Below, one piece after another: positions 14,898 to 16,845 of a DNA stretch of 16,845 nt. Both the position numbers and the translations under genes were made by a program. The DNA comes from Candidatus Cryosericum sp. (lineage in GTDB: Bacteria; Caldisericota; Caldisericia; Cryosericales; Cryosericaceae): positions 1-16,845 of the forward strand of contig JBNAWM010000023.1 in the NCBI GenBank assembly GCA_049699855.1, written 5' to 3'. Each line of letters starts with the position of its first letter. The first letter of the stretch is position 1. A model generated the notes under the pieces. That model saw only the letters and a list, made by a program, of their open reading frames with translations. It made no database searches and had not been told where the DNA came from.

Positions 14898-16845
14898 ATG
14901 GCGAAACGGTTGCAATGGCGTCTGACGATTGTGCTCGTGCTGGTTCTGCTCATGGGCTGTGCATTGCCGGCGAGCAGGGTGCGGGGCGCAGTGAACCTGC
15001 CCACGATCGATGCTGGTTTCCTGTCGCGCGCGGGGACCTTGCCGTCGGCTCAGGACGTGATTGTGCGCCTGCAGGGTGCTCCACTGGTCGACAGAGTTCA
15101 GGGTGCTGGATCGACCGGATGGCTGGAAACTACGGCAGCGCATGTGTCTCAGGATGCAATTACTCAGGAACAGGATGCGTTCCTCTCATCTCTGACTGCT
15201 CGCGGCATCACGTACACCGTCAAGCAGCGGCTGAGCGTGACCTTTAATGGCTTCTCGCTGAGTGTCGCCGGCAGTGATCTTGCAGCAGTAGCGTCTACAA
15301 AACACGTCTCGTTTATCTACGAATCTCAGAAGGCGCAGGTGCTGGATGCCGACACGAACGCCGCCATGGGTGTGAGTCAGGCGTTGTGGAACAGCACATC
15401 GATGGGCGGGGTCAAACTTGACGGCACGGGCACCAGCATCGGGATCATCGACACCGGCATTGACTACACACATCCGGACCTGGGGGGAGGCAAGTTCCCC
15501 AATGCGAAGGTAGTGGGGGGATATGACTTCGCCGATGGCGACAGCAATCCGATGGACAGCCAGGGCCATGGGACGCATGTGGCCGGCATTGCTGCAGCAG
15601 ACGGCAAACTGCAGGGTGTGGCCCCCAAGGCAAAACTGTATGCCTATAAGGTGTTCAGCAATCTGGGAGGAGGGGCCTCCGACGGCGACATCATCGCTGC
15701 ACTGGACCAGTCCGTGCGCGATCATTGCACGGTAGTTAACATGTCTCTGGGTATCACAGGGGGCACAGCAGACACTCCCGAGACGGAGTCCATCAACAAC
15801 GCAGTCAAGGCAGGCGTCGTGGTCGTTGCGGCAACAGGCAATGCTGGGCCGCGCAACCCCGAAACAAACTGGCCCCTGGGCTCTCCTGCAACGGCGCTGA
15901 ATGCGATCGCCATCGCAGCTTCAAATGACGGCCCATATCCGGTGGTGGACGTTGTAGCTCCGGCCGGGACGGACCTTGGTGACATCACGGGCAGCTATGC
16001 AGATATTGCTCCGGAGTTCACTGCGGGATCGACGTACAGCATTGTGGATGCCGGATATGGCTCCAAGACGGATTTTGCTGCCGTGAACGTCAAAGGGAAA
16101 GTGGCGCTGGTGGAACGTGGCCCTGTCGGGAGCGGCGGCATCTATTTCCGCGACAAGGTCCTGAATGCGATGGATGCCGGAGCAGCGGGGGTCATCATTT
16201 ACAACCATAGTCCCGGCGTGCTCGGGATGACGCTCAGGGTGGCAGCCGGTGATGAGGCCCGAACGTACATTCCCTGTATCGGGATTACTCAGGATGTCGG
16301 GCTTGAACTGAAAGCGCTGACGACGAGGGGCCTTGTGGTTCGGTTTGGAACACGCAGCAACCTCGGGACGATTGCCGACTTCAGTTCGATGGGACCAACG
16401 GAGGATTTCCATTTCAAGCCCGAGGTTTCGGCGCCAGGTGTCAGCGTGGACTCGACAATCCCGGGCGGCGGCTACGCCAAGCTGGACGGCACATCAATGG
16501 CATCTCCGGCCGTGGCGGGGGCTGTGGCTCTCGTCAAGGCGGCACACCCCGATTGGACACCTGAGACAGTGAAGCTGGCACTGATGAATACCTCCGATGT
16601 TCTGTCTAATTGGCAGAATAATGAGGTCATCACCTGGACACTGCAGGGAGCAGGAAGAGTCGATGTCCCGTCGGCTGTTGCTGCACCGGCGACGGCGGGC
16701 GTATCTACGTCGGACGGGACGACCACCTATCAGACGGGAGCCATTCTGGTGAACGATAGCACGATTGGCACGACGACCACGATCAATCTGCACAGTCTGG
16801 CCGATCATTCCACGTCGTTTGTGCCCTCGTTCAATTGGACCATGG
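14898..16845 (+). CDS. Secreted S8 (subtilisin-like, Vpr-type) serine protease with I9 propeptide and PA domain; 3'-partial
   Basis: Absent from the ORF track because there is no stop in the window. AGGAGG then ATG at 14898; signal peptide MAKRLQWRLTIVLVLVLLMGCALPA. Catalytic triad in one frame: IIDTGIDYTHPDL (Asp 15450), HGTHVAG (His 15567), GTSMASP (Ser 16494). Also oxyanion AATGN, PA insert VKGKVALVERG, and FSSMGP...KPEVSAPG. Confidence 0.95.
   Translation, partial: MAKRLQWRLTIVLVLVLLMGCALPASRVRGAVNLPTIDAGFLSRAGTLPSAQDVIVRLQGAPLVDRVQGAGSTGWLETTAAHVSQDAITQEQDAFLSSLTARGITYTVKQRLSVTFNGFSLSVAGSDLAAVASTKHVSFIYESQKAQVLDADTNAAMGVSQALWNSTSMGGVKLDGTGTSIGIIDTGIDYTHPDLGGGKFPNAKVVGGYDFADGDSNPMDSQGHGTHVAGIAAADGKLQGVAPKAKLYAYKVFSNLGGGASDGDIIAALDQSVRDHCTVVNMSLGITGGTADTPETESINNAVKAGVVVVAATGNAGPRNPETNWPLGSPATALNAIAIAASNDGPYPVVDVVAPAGTDLGDITGSYADIAPEFTAGSTYSIVDAGYGSKTDFAAVNVKGKVALVERGPVGSGGIYFRDKVLNAMDAGAAGVIIYNHSPGVLGMTLRVAAGDEARTYIPCIGITQDVGLELKALTTRGLVVRFGTRSNLGTIADFSSMGPTEDFHFKPEVSAPGVSVDSTIPGGGYAKLDGTSMASPAVAGAVALVKAAHPDWTPETVKLALMNTSDVLSNWQNNEVITWTLQGAGRVDVPSAVAAPATAGVSTSDGTTTYQTGAILVNDSTIGTTTTINLHSLADHSTSFVPSFNWTM

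Noticed and set aside
14808..16808. Many short ORFs listed on both strands at the right end
   Set aside because: All overlap the uninterrupted S8 protease frame that starts at 14898.

Overview
Bacterial window. My impression of the gene repertoire (copper-amine-oxidase-N 'stalk' surface proteins, SLH domains, Vpr-like S8 protease) is a Caldisericota/Ca. Cryosericum-like anaerobe; this is not verified. Left to right: (1) the 3' part of an Asp-box beta-propeller surface protein; (2) a small ORF and a LURP-one/scramblase-like gene; (3) an AT-richer accessory block of three membrane-anchored hypothetical genes, one frameshifted at a G7 tract, bracketed by two diverged copies of a ~108-bp non-coding element; (4) a minus-strand operon tupA-tupB-tupC-moeA-moaA-moaC-MOSC-mog for tungstate uptake and pterin cofactor synthesis, preceded by a Moco-family riboswitch lacking P3 (tungsten-type); (5) a divergent type IIIA P-type H+-ATPase with an intrinsic terminator; (6) the 5' part of a secreted S8 protease missed by the ORF track. 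The most interesting items are the P3-less riboswitch, the SLH-TupA-oxidoreductase-fold fusion, and the duplicated structured non-coding element around the cassette-like block.
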